Assembly (NCBI RefSeq): GCF_963921235.1
Contig: NC_086118.1
Location: 21,020,001-21,084,000, forward strand
Length of the DNA stretch: 64,000 bases
From: Mobula hypostoma
Lineage: Eukaryota
Direction: 5' to 3'
A model generated the notes under the pieces. It searched no databases. It was not told the DNA's origin and saw nothing but the letters and a program-made list of their open reading frames with translations. Made by a program: the position numbers and the translations under genes. Positions 49,380-60,450 of the stretch are shown in pieces (position 1 is the first letter of the stretch; every line of letters begins with the position of its first letter).

Positions 49380-50928
49380 TATGAATGAATATAAGGAAGG
49401 ACAAGCCAATGATTGGGTAGACAAAGCAAAGAAAGCAAAGAATTCAGTTATACCACAGAGGCTAAATTCATAAGGGTGAAGAAAGCAGGACTGAAGGTGC
49501 TGTATTTAAATGCTTATAGCATTCAAAATAAGGTGGACAAACTCGTGGCGCAATTAGAGATTGGTCGGTATGACGTTGTGGGCATCACTGAGTCGTGACT
49601 GAAAGAAGGTCATAGCTGGGAGTTTGACATCAAAGGATATACTCTGCATCGAAAGGATAGGCAGGAGGGCATAGGCAGTGCTGTGGCTCTGTTGGTAAGA
49701 GATGGAATTATATCTTTAGAAAGAGATGACATAGGGTCTTCACCACCATCATCATCATGTGCCATACTCTGCCAGAGCCTGGGCAACCACTTTCTTCCAC
49801 TGCCATCTGTCAGCAGTCGAACCTCTTGCATCTCTGGCAGTGAGGCTGGTCCACTTCTTGATGCTGTCGATCCAGGTTGTCCTCTGTCTGCCCCGGGAGC
49901 GGCTTCCTTCTACTCTGCCTTCAAGCACAGTGCGTTCCAGTGCGTCATCAGTTCCTGAGATGTATCCAAAATAGCGAAGTTTCCTTTGGATAACGGTTTC
50001 CAGAAGTATTGGTTTCATGCCAGTCTTTTCTAGGATGATACCCTGATGATCCGTCTGTATGTCCACATCTCAAATGCTGTCAACTTCTTTTCATCAGCTG
50101 CTTTTAGGGTCCATGTTTCACAGCCATATGGGGTTACAGGCCAGAGGAGGCTCCTGAGGAGGCGTATCTTGATGTCAGTGCTCCCAGACCTATCTTTCCA
50201 GATGTTCCAGAGTTTGGTAGTGCTTGTGTGTGCCATTGCTAGCCTTCGCCTTTTTTCCTTGCTGCGTTCGTTTGTGTCATTTAGTTCTGCACCAAGGTAT
50301 ATAAAGGAGGACACTTGTTCGATCTTGTCGTTTCCGATGTAGATGTCAGCTTGAATTGCAGTTTTGCTTATCACCATAACTTTGGTCTTTTTGCCATTTA
50401 TCAGCAATCCAAATTCAGCAGAGACTTTTGCAACGTTATTGAGTAGTGCTTGTAGGTCTTTTTGTAGGTGGAGTTAAGAAATTGCAAGGGTAAAAGAAAA
50501 CTATTATGGGAATCATACACAGGCCTCTAAACAGTAGCCAAGATGTGGGGTTGAGACTGTAAAGGGAGCTGGAAAAGGCATGTAATAAGGGTAATGTCAC
50601 AATTACAATGGGGGACTTCAATATGCCAGGGGATTGGGAAAATCAGGTTGTTGTCGGATTGCAAGAGAGGGAATTTGTTGAATGCCTACGAGATGGCTTT
50701 TTAGAGCAGCTGGTGCTTGAGCCTACTAGGGGAAAGGCTATCTTAGATTGGGTGTTGTGTAATAACCCAGATCTTATTAGTCAGCTAATCATAAAGGAAC
50801 CCTTAGGAGGCATTGAATTCATACTGCAATTTGAGAGGGAGAAGCATAAGTCACATGTATCAGTATCGCAATGGAATAAAGGGAATTACAGAGGCATTAG
50901 AGAGGAGCTTGCCCAGGTGGATTGGAGA
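49380..50928 (+). mobile_element. CR1 ORF2 endonuclease region, interrupted by RTE
   Basis: LKVLYLNAYSIQNKVDKL..YDVVGITES and MGDFNMPGDW..PTRGKAILDWVL. Confidence 0.85.
49741..50460 (-). mobile_element. RTE-clade LINE 3' fragment
   Basis: GLLINGKKTKVM..PYGCETWTLK..AFEMWTYRR..EGRVEGSRSRGRQR and a (GAT)n tail at 49741-49757. Confidence 0.88.
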
Positions 50929-50932
50929 GAGA

Positions 50933-52750
50933 GAGTTTTAAGTTCCCTGGCCCCCACCGCTTTATTTTCACCATGGATGTCCAGTCCCTATATACTTCCA
51001 TCCCCCATCAGGAAGGTCTCAAAGCTCTCTGCTTCTTTTTGGATTCCAGACCTAATCAGTTCCCCTCTACCACCACTCTGCTCCGTCTAGTGGAATTAGT
51101 CCTTACTCTTAATACTTTCTCCTTTGGCTCCTCCCACTTCCTCCAAACTAAAGGTGTAGCTATGGGCACCCGTATGGGTCCTAGCTATGCCTGCCTTTTT
51201 GTTGGCTTTGTAGAACAACCTATGTTCCGTGCCTATTCTGGTATCTGTCCCCCACTTTTCCTTCGCTACATCGACGACTGCATTGGCGCTGCTTCCTGCA
51301 TGCATGCTGAGCTCGTTGACTTTATTAACTTTGCCTCCAACTTCTACCCTGCCCTCAAGTTTACCTGGTCCATTTCCTACACCTTCCTCCCCTTTCTAGA
51401 TCTTTCTGTCTCTGTCTCTGGAGACAGCTTATCCACTGATGTCTACTATAAGCCTAATGACTCTCACAGCTATCCGGACTATTCCTCTTCTTACGCTGTC
51501 TCTTGCAAAAATGCCATCCCCTTCTCGCAATTCCTCCGTCTCTGCCGCATCTGCTCTCAGGATGAGCCTTTTCATTCCAGAACGAGGGAGATGTCCTTTT
51601 TTAAAGAAAGGGGCTTCCCTTCCTCCACTATCAACTCTGCTCTCAAACGCATCTCCCCCATTTCACGTACATCTGCTCTCACTCCATCCTCCCACCACCC
51701 CACTAGGAATAGGGTTCCCCTGGTCCTCACCTACCACCCCACCAGTCTCCGGGTCCAACATATTATTCTCCGTAACTTCCACCACCTCCAACGGGATCCC
51801 ACCACTAAGCACATCTTTCCCTTCCCCCCCCCCCGCTGCTTTCTGCAGGGATCGCTCCCTATGCGACTCCCTTGTCCATTCGTCCCCCCCATCTCTCCCC
51901 ACTGATCTCCCTCCTGGCACTTATCCTTGTAAGTGGAACAAGTGCTACACATGCCCTTACACTTTCTCCCTTACCACCATTCAGGGCCCCAGACAGTCCC
52001 TCCAGGTGAGGCGACACTTCACCTGTGAGTCGGCTGAGGTGATATACTGCGTCCCATGTGGCCTTCTATATATTGGCGAGACCCGACACAAACTGGGAGA
52101 CCGCTTTGCTGAACACCTACGCTCTGTCCGCCAGAGAAAGCAGGATCTCCCAGGGGCCACACATTTTAATTCGACATCCCATTCCCATTCTGACATGTCT
52201 ATCCACGGCCTCCTCTACTGTAAAGATGAAGCCACACTCAGGTTGGAGGAGCAACACCTTATATTCCGTCTGGGTAGCCTCCAACCTGACGGCATGAACA
52301 TCGACTTCTCTAACTTCCGCTAATGCCCCACCTCCCCCTCGTACCCCATCCGTTATTTATTTTTATACACACATTCTTTCTCTCACTCTCCTTTTTCTCC
52401 CTCTGTCCCTCTGACTATACCCCTTGCCCATCCTCTGGGTTCCCCCTGCCCTTGTCTTTCTCCCCGGACCTCCTGTCCCATGACCCTCTCATATCCCCTT
52501 TGCCAAACACCTGTCCAGCTCTTGGCTCCATCCCTCTCCCTCCTGTCTTCTCCTATCATTTTGGATCTCCCCTTCCCCCTCCCACTTTCAAATCTCTTAC
52601 TAACTCTTCCTTCAGTTAGTCCTGATGAAGGGTCTCGGCCAGAAACATCGACTGTACCTCTTCCTAGAGATGCTGCCTGGCCTGCTGCGTTCACCAGCAA
52701 CTTTGATGTGTGTTGCTTGAATTTCCAGCATCTGCAGAATTCCTGTTGTC
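50933..52750 (+). mobile_element. Penelope-like (Neptune-type) element: RT, zinc finger, GIY-YIG endonuclease and pLTR, frameshifted and 5'-truncated
   Basis: FTMDVQSLYTSIP, KGVAMGTRMGPSYA, RYIDDC, then CKWNKCYTC..VIYCVPCGLLYIGET. Confidence 0.93.
52618..52653 (+). ncRNA. Hammerhead ribozyme motif, mutated
   Basis: AGTC-CTGATGA-AGGGTCTCGGCCA-GAAAC-ATC-GACT. Confidence 0.65.
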
Positions 52751-53738
52751 TAGCTGATAAGACATGGCCTGCCGCACACATGACCGTTCTCCCTAATTAG
52801 GCCATGGGTTTCCAAATGCTCATATATCCTACCCCTAAAAATTTTCTCCAGCAAGTTCCCTGCAACTGGAGTGAGGATTTTCCCTTGATTCCTTCTTAAA
52901 TAGAGGTACAACATTACCCACTTGTCAGTCCGCTGGGGCGTTGCCTGTAGCCAGAGAAGATACTAAGATACTGGTCAAGCCCCAGAAGTCTTGTCCCTTG
53001 CCTCCTTCAATAACCTGGAGTAAATCCCATCAGGTTCTGGGGACTTATTCACTTTAATACTCATTAGGAGGCCCAATACTTCCTCCTCCTTGGCTTCTAA
53101 CCACGTTAAAGTATTGATATCCTCAGCATTTATCCCCTGGTCCTCCATATCCTTTTACTAGGTAAATACTGAAGGAAAGTACTCATTATGTACCTCACTC
53201 ACATTCTCCACATCCAGGCAAATGTTCTCCCCTTTATCCTTGAGTGGTCCCACCCTCTCCCTAGTTATTCCCTTGCTCTTGATGTATGTATACAATGCCC
53301 TAGAATTCACCGTAATCCTTCTTGCCAAGGACTTTTGATGGCCCCTCCTGGCTTTCCTATTTCCCTCCTTTAGTTCTTTACTGGCTTCTTTATACTCTTC
53401 ATTGCTTCATTTGATCGTAACTTCTGAAGCTTTGCAACCTTGTCCTTTCTCTTCTTGACTAAATTAATCATTTCTCTGGATATCCAGGATTCTTTTTATC
53501 ATCAATATCAGGACCGAAGACCAGGTCCAGTATGGCCCCTCTGCTCGTTGGACTGTCCACATATTGATTTAAGAATCCTTCCTGGACACACTTAACAAAT
53601 TCTGCCCCATCTAAACCCCTTGCACTAAGAAAGTCCTCGTTTATATTAGGGAAATTGAAATCCCCCAAGACAACAACCCTATTATTTTTATACATTTCCT
53701 TAAACTGATCACACATCTGTTCCTCAGTGTCCTGGTGG

Positions 53739-54614
53739 TGTGACGAGAATACACATAAAATTAAGATGTTTGCTGGCCTGGGTTAGCATCAGTGGCATCA
53801 GCAAGTGGTCTGCCACCTGCCCTCAGGGGAAGGAGAGATAAGGAACAACGGAGCAGCATCTGGAGATGTGTAATGAAGGGACGGGAGAGAGAGCTGTCTG
53901 GAGCGGCTCCCCCTTTGAACCCTGAACTGTTTAAAGTGATGGACAGGCGATATCCCAGCAGGGGGATAAAAAGGGACAGGTTCACTAAGGCAACACACAC
54001 ACGACACTCGAGGTAACAAGACCCTGGAAGCGGTGCGCCTCTCACGAGTCGGTGGGAAGTACCGGACCTTAAACGCACAGGGTGGAAAGGTACAATCAGA
54101 GGGAACCCGGTGTGTGTCCACCCTTGCTTGGGTGCCGGGTGCCGGGTTCACTGCAGAGGATCGACCGCATCTAGAGGAGGGGTCACAGTCGGTGACCTCA
54201 GGTGACATCACAAAGGACCCGCCCGGAAAGCTGCTTGTGAGCCATATCGCCGGTCTGTGAGTGGAAGCCGTTTCTGAATGATCAGTCGTTCCCGTTCTCT
54301 CTCTCTCTCTCTCCCCCCACGTTGTCCATCGCCATGGCAACGATTACTGCAAACTGAACTACTAAATTGGACTGAACTTTGTGTCACTTTGAAATTGGTC
54401 ATTTATCCCTAGACAACGATAGAGCTTGATTGATGCTGTTATCTTAATTCTGTGCACATGTGGGTTTATCATTGCTGAACTGTTGCATTTATTATCCTTT
54501 CGATTACTGTGTTGCTTGTTTCTTTAATAAAACTTTCTTAGTTCTAGTAATCCAGACTCCAACTGAGTGATCCATTTCTGCTGGTTTGGCAACCCAGTTA
54601 CGGGGTACGTAACA
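53739..54614 (+). mobile_element. Solo LTR of the Gmr1-like family
   Basis: Similar to 887-1845, with TG...CA ends and a perfect GTGG TSD (53735-53738 and 54615-54618). Confidence 0.95.
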
Positions 54615-55259
54615 GTGGCTATGGGGGGGGGAGGGTGGTCTGTAGTACAATCCCATCAGTGTGATTGCACCCTTCCTATTCCCGGATTCCACCCGGACGG
54701 ACTCAGTGTCTGACCCCTCCATTATGTCCTCCTGAGTGCAGCTGTGATATTGTCCCTGGTTTGTAGTGGAACTCCACCACCTTTTACCTCCTCCTCTATC
54801 CTTCCTAAAACTTTAAAAACCTGGTATGTTAATCACACATTCCTGCCCATTGCTCAACCGAATGCTGGAAAAAGAAGGCCACAACATCGTAGTTCCATGT
54901 ACTGATCCATGCTTTAAGTCCATCACCCTTACCCATAATATTCCTCACATTGAAGTATACACACTTCAAGCCATCCGACCCATCATACCTGTTACTTTGA
55001 TTTTGCCTTTCACTAGTTTCCCTAACATCTACCTTCTGGTCCAACCCTCACTGACCAGGTACTCTGTTTCCCAGTCCCCTGAAAAACTAGTTTGAACTCT
55101 CTGGAGTAGCATTAGCAAACCTCCCAGTTAGGATACTGGTTCCCCTCCAGTTCAGGTGCAACCTGTCCCTCTTGTACAGGTCACCCCTTCTCCAGAAAAG
55201 GTTCCAATAATCCAAGAACATGAAACCCTGTCCCCTGCAACATCTCTTTAGCCACTCTT

Positions 55260-56085
55260 TTTCTCTTTTGTGTTTCAAATTGTTTTTATTGTGAAGCAAC
55301 ATCAACTTAACCACAACCAACAATGTCCTAAAGTACAATGCTTCTTTTTTTGTTTCTTTCTTACAACAACATAATGAAAATCAAATGAATGTATGTATAG
55401 TAAACAAGCAAAAAGCCAAGGAAACCCTACCATCCTGTCTCCTTTCCCCTTCCCAGCCCTACCCTCCCCTTGCCCCTCCCGTATGTGCTGTTTGGGTCCT
55501 AATGCCCCCCACACTTAGTTCAGCTGTCAATCTCTTCTAAATACAACAGAAATGGTCGCCAGATTTTTTCAAATTCGTTGAGTCTGTCCTTGATAACATA
55601 TCTTATCCTCCTAGATGCAGAATATCCATTAATGCAGCCAGCCATTGTCTGAGTGATGGAGTTTCCTCCTTTTTCCAGAAAATCAGTATGAGTTTCTTTC
55701 CATTAAGTATGCCATAGGTCAGGAGTTGTTGCCTGGAATTTATTTGACCTCGCAGAAGTTCTAAAAATTATTAAAATGGGGTCTGGTATTATCTGAACCT
55801 TTAGTACCTTCGATAGGACCTCAAATATTTGCTTCCAGTACTCTTGTATCCTGGGACATAAAGCATAACTATGTAACAAATTTGCCTCCGAGGACTTGCA
55901 TTTCTCACACATTGGGGACACCTCTGGGAATATTTTATGAATCCTTACTTTTGAGTAATGTAGTCTATGTAGGATTTTAAACTGTATTAAACAATGCCTG
56001 GCATTGATGGAACAGAAGTTAACATACTCCAAAGCCTCATTCCATACAACCTCCTTTATCTCTGTATTTAGCCACGCTTTCTTCC
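55260..56085 (-). mobile_element. L1/Tx1-clade LINE 3' fragment (C-terminal zinc finger)
   Basis: CLIQFKILHRLHYSK..CEKCK..LLHSYALCPRIQEYW; A-rich tail with AATAAA on the minus strand. Confidence 0.82.
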
Positions 56086-56589
56086 GTGCTATCACCCCAT
56101 TCCTACCTGCACTTGCCCGTGGTACCGGGAGTAATCTGGAGATTACTTTCGCTTTGGCCTCTTTCCAAACTCTATATACGCACCATGTAGGACCTCTTCC
56201 CCTTTTCTGCTATATCACTGGACCAATATGCACATGACCTCTGGCTGTTCACCCTCCCCCTTGAAAGTATCCTGCAGCTGCTCTTATACATCCTGGACCC
56301 CAGAACACCAGCACATCTCGTTTGCAACCACTGGATCTCCTTTCTGTCCCCCTAACTATCGAGCCCCCTATAACTACTGCAGGGCCGGTCAAGTCTCAGA
56401 GTTGACTCTGGCTACAGTGCCACCAGCCTGGCTGCTGCTGCCATGCTCTGATGGGTCATTATCCTCCCCCACCCCCCAGCAGTAACTTGTTGCTGAGAGG
56501 AATGGCCACAGGGGGACCCTGTCAAGAATAATTAATTTCCTGGACGAAGATTGGAAATTCCTTGCACCAGACAAAACCAAGAGGGCCAC

Positions 56590-56830
56590 AGCCTTGTAGG
56601 AGGGTTTGAAGGCTTGTGTGCCTCAGTGACCTGGGGAACTATGTTGGCTGGCATCAGAGCTTTATATGTTGGCTCTTGGTAGAGTCACCCATGCCAAGCA
56701 GATCAAAGGGTAGAGGCCAGACTAAGAGTGGTCCACCGGTCCTCCAGGTTCAGGGGTTCAGCTCAGGGCTAACAACCCTGATTGGTCAAAAGAAAAACTA
56801 TTACAGAAAGAGCAATGAAGAATTCTATTT
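56590..56830 (+). mobile_element. RTE/Expander-type 5' UTR-derived fragment
   Basis: GGTAGAGTCACCCATGCC..GGCCAGACTAAGAGTGGTCCA resembles RTE 5' leaders (recalled similarity, not a search result). Confidence 0.45.
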
Positions 56831-57164
56831 ATCTGTGTGCGATGGTATATGGACAACGATAGGCAGAAATGGAGGACCTTCAGTGAGATCCGAAATGCCA
56901 GTCGTGTAATGGACAGTAACTAGACAAAACCCATGTTATTTCTGACTCAATATACTTCCAATCTTCAACCATGTCATGAGATAGAGCTGTAAAACAAAGG
57001 CTAAGAATGTCTGTGAGGAGAGAGGACCGGACCAGGTGTGTTGCTCTGATGGCTCTCAAACACGTCATATTGAGTTCTCATGTGCTTAAGGGCTGACTGC
57101 TCACACACTCGTTAGGTTGCACAAAAAAGACGTGGAAGAAGTTAAAAAAAAAAACTATAAAATT

Positions 57165-57750
57165 CTTAACTGAAGCTGAGGAGTTCTGGCTTGTCACTGA
57201 ACACTCTAACCAATGTTTATAGACTACTGTTGAAAACCCCCTGACTAGTTGCATCTTGTTTGGTAAGGCAATTCACATACACAGGAAGATAAGAAGCTTC
57301 AGAGCTTAGTAGGCTCAGCCAAAATCAACACAGGCACGTCCCTTCTGACCATCAGTAGCATTTACAGGAGGCACTGCCTCAAGCAGGCAACATCCATTAA
57401 CAAAGCTCCCACCATCTTGTCCATGCCATCTTCTTATAGTTACCATCGAGTAGAAGGTGCAGATGCCTGAAGTTCCACATCATCAGGTTTAAGAACAGAT
57501 ACTTCCTGTCAACCAAATGGTCTTGAACCAGGCGATGTACCCAAATCACTATAGTTTAACAAAACTTAACCACTTCTTTCACTTAGCACCAAAATTGACT
57601 TTTTTGTTCTAATTTTATTTGTTCTTGCAAAAAATGTATATAATTTGTTTCATTTACGTTTTTTCTTGTGAATGCTGCAGAAACTAAGTATTTCTCATTG
57701 TACCTGTGTATACATTGTGCATATGACAATAAACTCAACCTTGATTTTGA
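57165..57750 (+). mobile_element. Rex1-like LINE 3' fragment
   Basis: Degraded TLTNVYR.TVE..LTSCI and HAIFL..PSSRR; same tail class as 13050-13520. Confidence 0.65.
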
Positions 57751-58252
57751 GAAGCACATTCTCCCAGCATGCTCCTTTTGTGGCCTAATCAATTTTGTAT
57801 AAAGTTGTTCCGTGGTCTCCTCCCCTCCCAGGCTGTTGAAGGCAAGAATCTCATATGTCCTCGCTATTTGATCCTCCGATGCTGTGGTCTTCAGGATCCT
57901 TGGATTTATACACTGAAGTCTCTCTATTCCTCAGTGCTCTCGAGAGGTTCTACCATCCAGTGTGCATGTCCTACGCTTACTAATCATCCCAAAGTATATT
58001 GCCTCACAACTTACCAGGATTAAATTCCATTTGCTACTGCTCTGCCCATCTAACCAACTGATCAGTATCACACTGTAGCCTATAACTATCATTTTTAATA
58101 TCAACAATACTGATGATTTTTGTGTTACCTTAAACTTAACATCTTATGTTCTATAAACAACAGGAATTCTGCAGATGCTGGAAATTCAAGCAACATACAT
58201 CAAAGTTGCTGGTGAACGCAGCAGGCCAAGCAGCATCTATAGGAAGAGGCGC

Positions 58253-58288
58253 AGTCGACGTTTCAGGCCGAGACCCTTCGTCAGGACT
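58253..58288 (-). ncRNA. Minimal hammerhead ribozyme motif
   Basis: The reverse complement reads AGTCCTGACGAAGGGTCTCGGCCTGAAACGTCGACT. Confidence 0.8.
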
Positions 58289-59779
58289 AACTGAAGGAAG
58301 AGTGAGTAAGGGATTTGAAAGCTGGAGGGGGAGGGGGAGATGCAAAATGATAGGAGAAGACAGGAGGCGGAGGGATAGAGCCGAGAGCTGGACAGGTGAT
58401 AGGCAAAAGGGGATACGAGAGGATCATGGGACAGGAGGCCTAGGGAGAAAGACGGGGGGGGGGTGACCCAGAGGATGGGCAAGAGGTATATTCAGAGGGA
58501 CAGAGGGAGAAAAAGGAGAGTCAGAGAAAGAATGTGTGCATAAAAAGGAGTAACAGCTGGGGTACGAGGGGGAGGTGGGGCCTAGCGGAAGTTAGAGAAG
58601 TCAATGTTCATGCCATCAGGTTGGAGGCTACCCAGGCGGAATATAAGGTGTTGTTCCTCCAACCTGAGTGTGGCTTCATCTTTACAGTAGAGGAGGCCGT
58701 GGATAGACATGTCAGAATGGGAATGGGATGTGGAATTAAAATGTGTGGCCACTGGGAGATCCTGCTTTCTCTGGCGGACAGAGCGTAGATGTTCAGCAAA
58801 GCGGTCTCCCAGTCTGCGTCGGGTCTCACCAATATATAAAAGGCCACATCGGGAGCACCGGACGCAGTATATCACCCCAGTCACCTACCACCCCACCAGC
58901 CTCCGGGTTCAACATTTTATTCTCCGTAACTTCCACCACCTCCAACGGGATCCCACCACTAAGCACATCTTTCCCTCCCCCCCTCTCTCTGCATTCCGCA
59001 GGGATCGCTCCCTACACAACTCCCTTGTCCATTCGTCCCCCCCATCCCTCCCCACTGATCTCCCTCCTGGCACTTATCCGTGTAAGCGGAACAAGTGCTA
59101 CACATGCCCTTACACTTCCTCCCTTACCACCATTCAGGGCCCCAAACAGTCCTTCCAGGTGAGGCATCACTTCACCTGTGAGTCGACTGGGGTGATATAC
59201 TGCGTCCGGTGCTCCCGATGTGGCCTTTTATATATTGGTGAGACCCGACGCAGACTGGGAGACCGCTTTGCTGAACATCTACGCTCTGTCCGCCAGAGAA
59301 AGCAGGATCTCCCAGTGGCCACACATTTTAATTCCACATCCCATTCCCATTCTGACATGTCTATCCACGGCCTCCTCTACTGTAAAGATGAAGCCACACT
59401 CAGGTTGGAGGAACAACACCTTATATTCCGTCTGGGTAGCCTCCAACCTGATGGCATGAACATTGACTTCTCTAACTTCCGCTAGGCCCCACCTCCCCCT
59501 CGTACCCCAGCTGTTACTCCTTTTTATGCACACATTCTTTCTCTCACTCTCCTTTTTCTCCCTCTGTCCCTCTGAATATACCTCTTGCCCATCCTCTGGG
59601 TCACCCCCCCCCCCGTCTTTCTCCCTAGGCCTCCTGTCCCATGATCCTCTCGTATCCCCTTTTGCCTATCACCTGTCCAGCTCTTGGCTCTATCCCTCCC
59701 CCTCCTGTCTTCTCCTATCATTTTGCATCTCCCCCTCCCCCTCCAGCTTTCAAATCCCTTACTCACTCTTCCTTCAGTT

Positions 59780-59815
59780 AGTCCTGACGAAGGGTCTCGG
59801 CCTGAAACGTCGACT
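59780..59815 (+). ncRNA. Minimal hammerhead ribozyme motif
   Basis: AGTCCTGACGAAGGGTCTCGGCCTGAAACGTCGACT. Confidence 0.8.
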
Positions 59816-59899
59816 GTACCTCTTCCTAGAGATGCTGCTTGGCCTGCTGCGTTCACCAGCAACTTTGATGTATCTTATGTTCTATATTTGTTAATGTAT

Positions 59900-60450
59900 G
59901 TCAAGTAATGTCAAGTCAAATGAAGTTTATTGTCATTTAACTATATACATGTATATAATGTATATAGAAAGGAGACATTTCTTTGAACCATAACACGATA
60001 ACTTATGAAGGTGAGGATAAAATCTACAGATGAATCACACATGAGTAACAAACTAAAGTGCATCAAATATTGTGAGGTATGGAACAGATTAACCAGTGAA
60101 ACTTTGAATACAATGCAGCTGGGAATTCAGAAGCCTAATGGCCTGGGGAAAGAAACTGTTTCTCATCCTGACTGTTCTTGTTTTATACATCATCGTCTTC
60201 TGCCTGATGGTAGAAAGGCAAAGAGGATGCTGGATGTATGGGTGGGATCCTTAATACTATTAAGGGCCCTGAGTACCAGTGCTCTTGATAAGTGTCCCCG
60301 ATGGATGGTAGGGAGACCCCTATGATTCTCTCAGCTGTTCTCACAGTCCTTTGTAGGGACTTCCGGTTCAATGCTCTGCTGCTCCCATACCAGATGGAGC
60401 TGCAACTTGTCAGGACACTCTCAATGGTGCTCCTGTAAAATGCAGTTAAC
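59900..60450 (-). mobile_element. Rex1-like LINE 3' fragment
   Basis: RKSLQRTVRTAERIIGVSLPSI and AATGACAATAAA..(GACTT) tail on the minus strand. Confidence 0.75.

Larger units (their letters stand above)
52800..56520 (-). mobile_element. Degraded CR1 (ORF1 end and EN) hosting a solo LTR and an L1-clade fragment
   Basis: LKCVYFNVRNI..YDVVA, GLYYRPP, VLGDFNFPNI, LYKRDRLHLNWRGTSIL (ORF1 esterase end). Confidence 0.8.
58155..59871. mobile_element. Fold-back Penelope-like insertion: minus arm 58155-58882, plus arm 58881-59871
   Basis: ~690-bp near-identical inverted arms around a ~300-bp spacer, with GIY-YIG coding on both strands. TSD ATCTTATGTTCTATA at 58141-58155 and 59872-59886. Confidence 0.95.

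Noticed and set aside
47545..50928. CR1 twin-priming inversion (minus RT abutting plus EN at ~49378)
   Set aside because: The two parts appear to belong to different CR1 families and no TSD encloses them.
58709..59485. 258-aa novel fusion protein
   Set aside because: An artefact of reading through the inversion junction from the antisense arm into the GIY-YIG frame.
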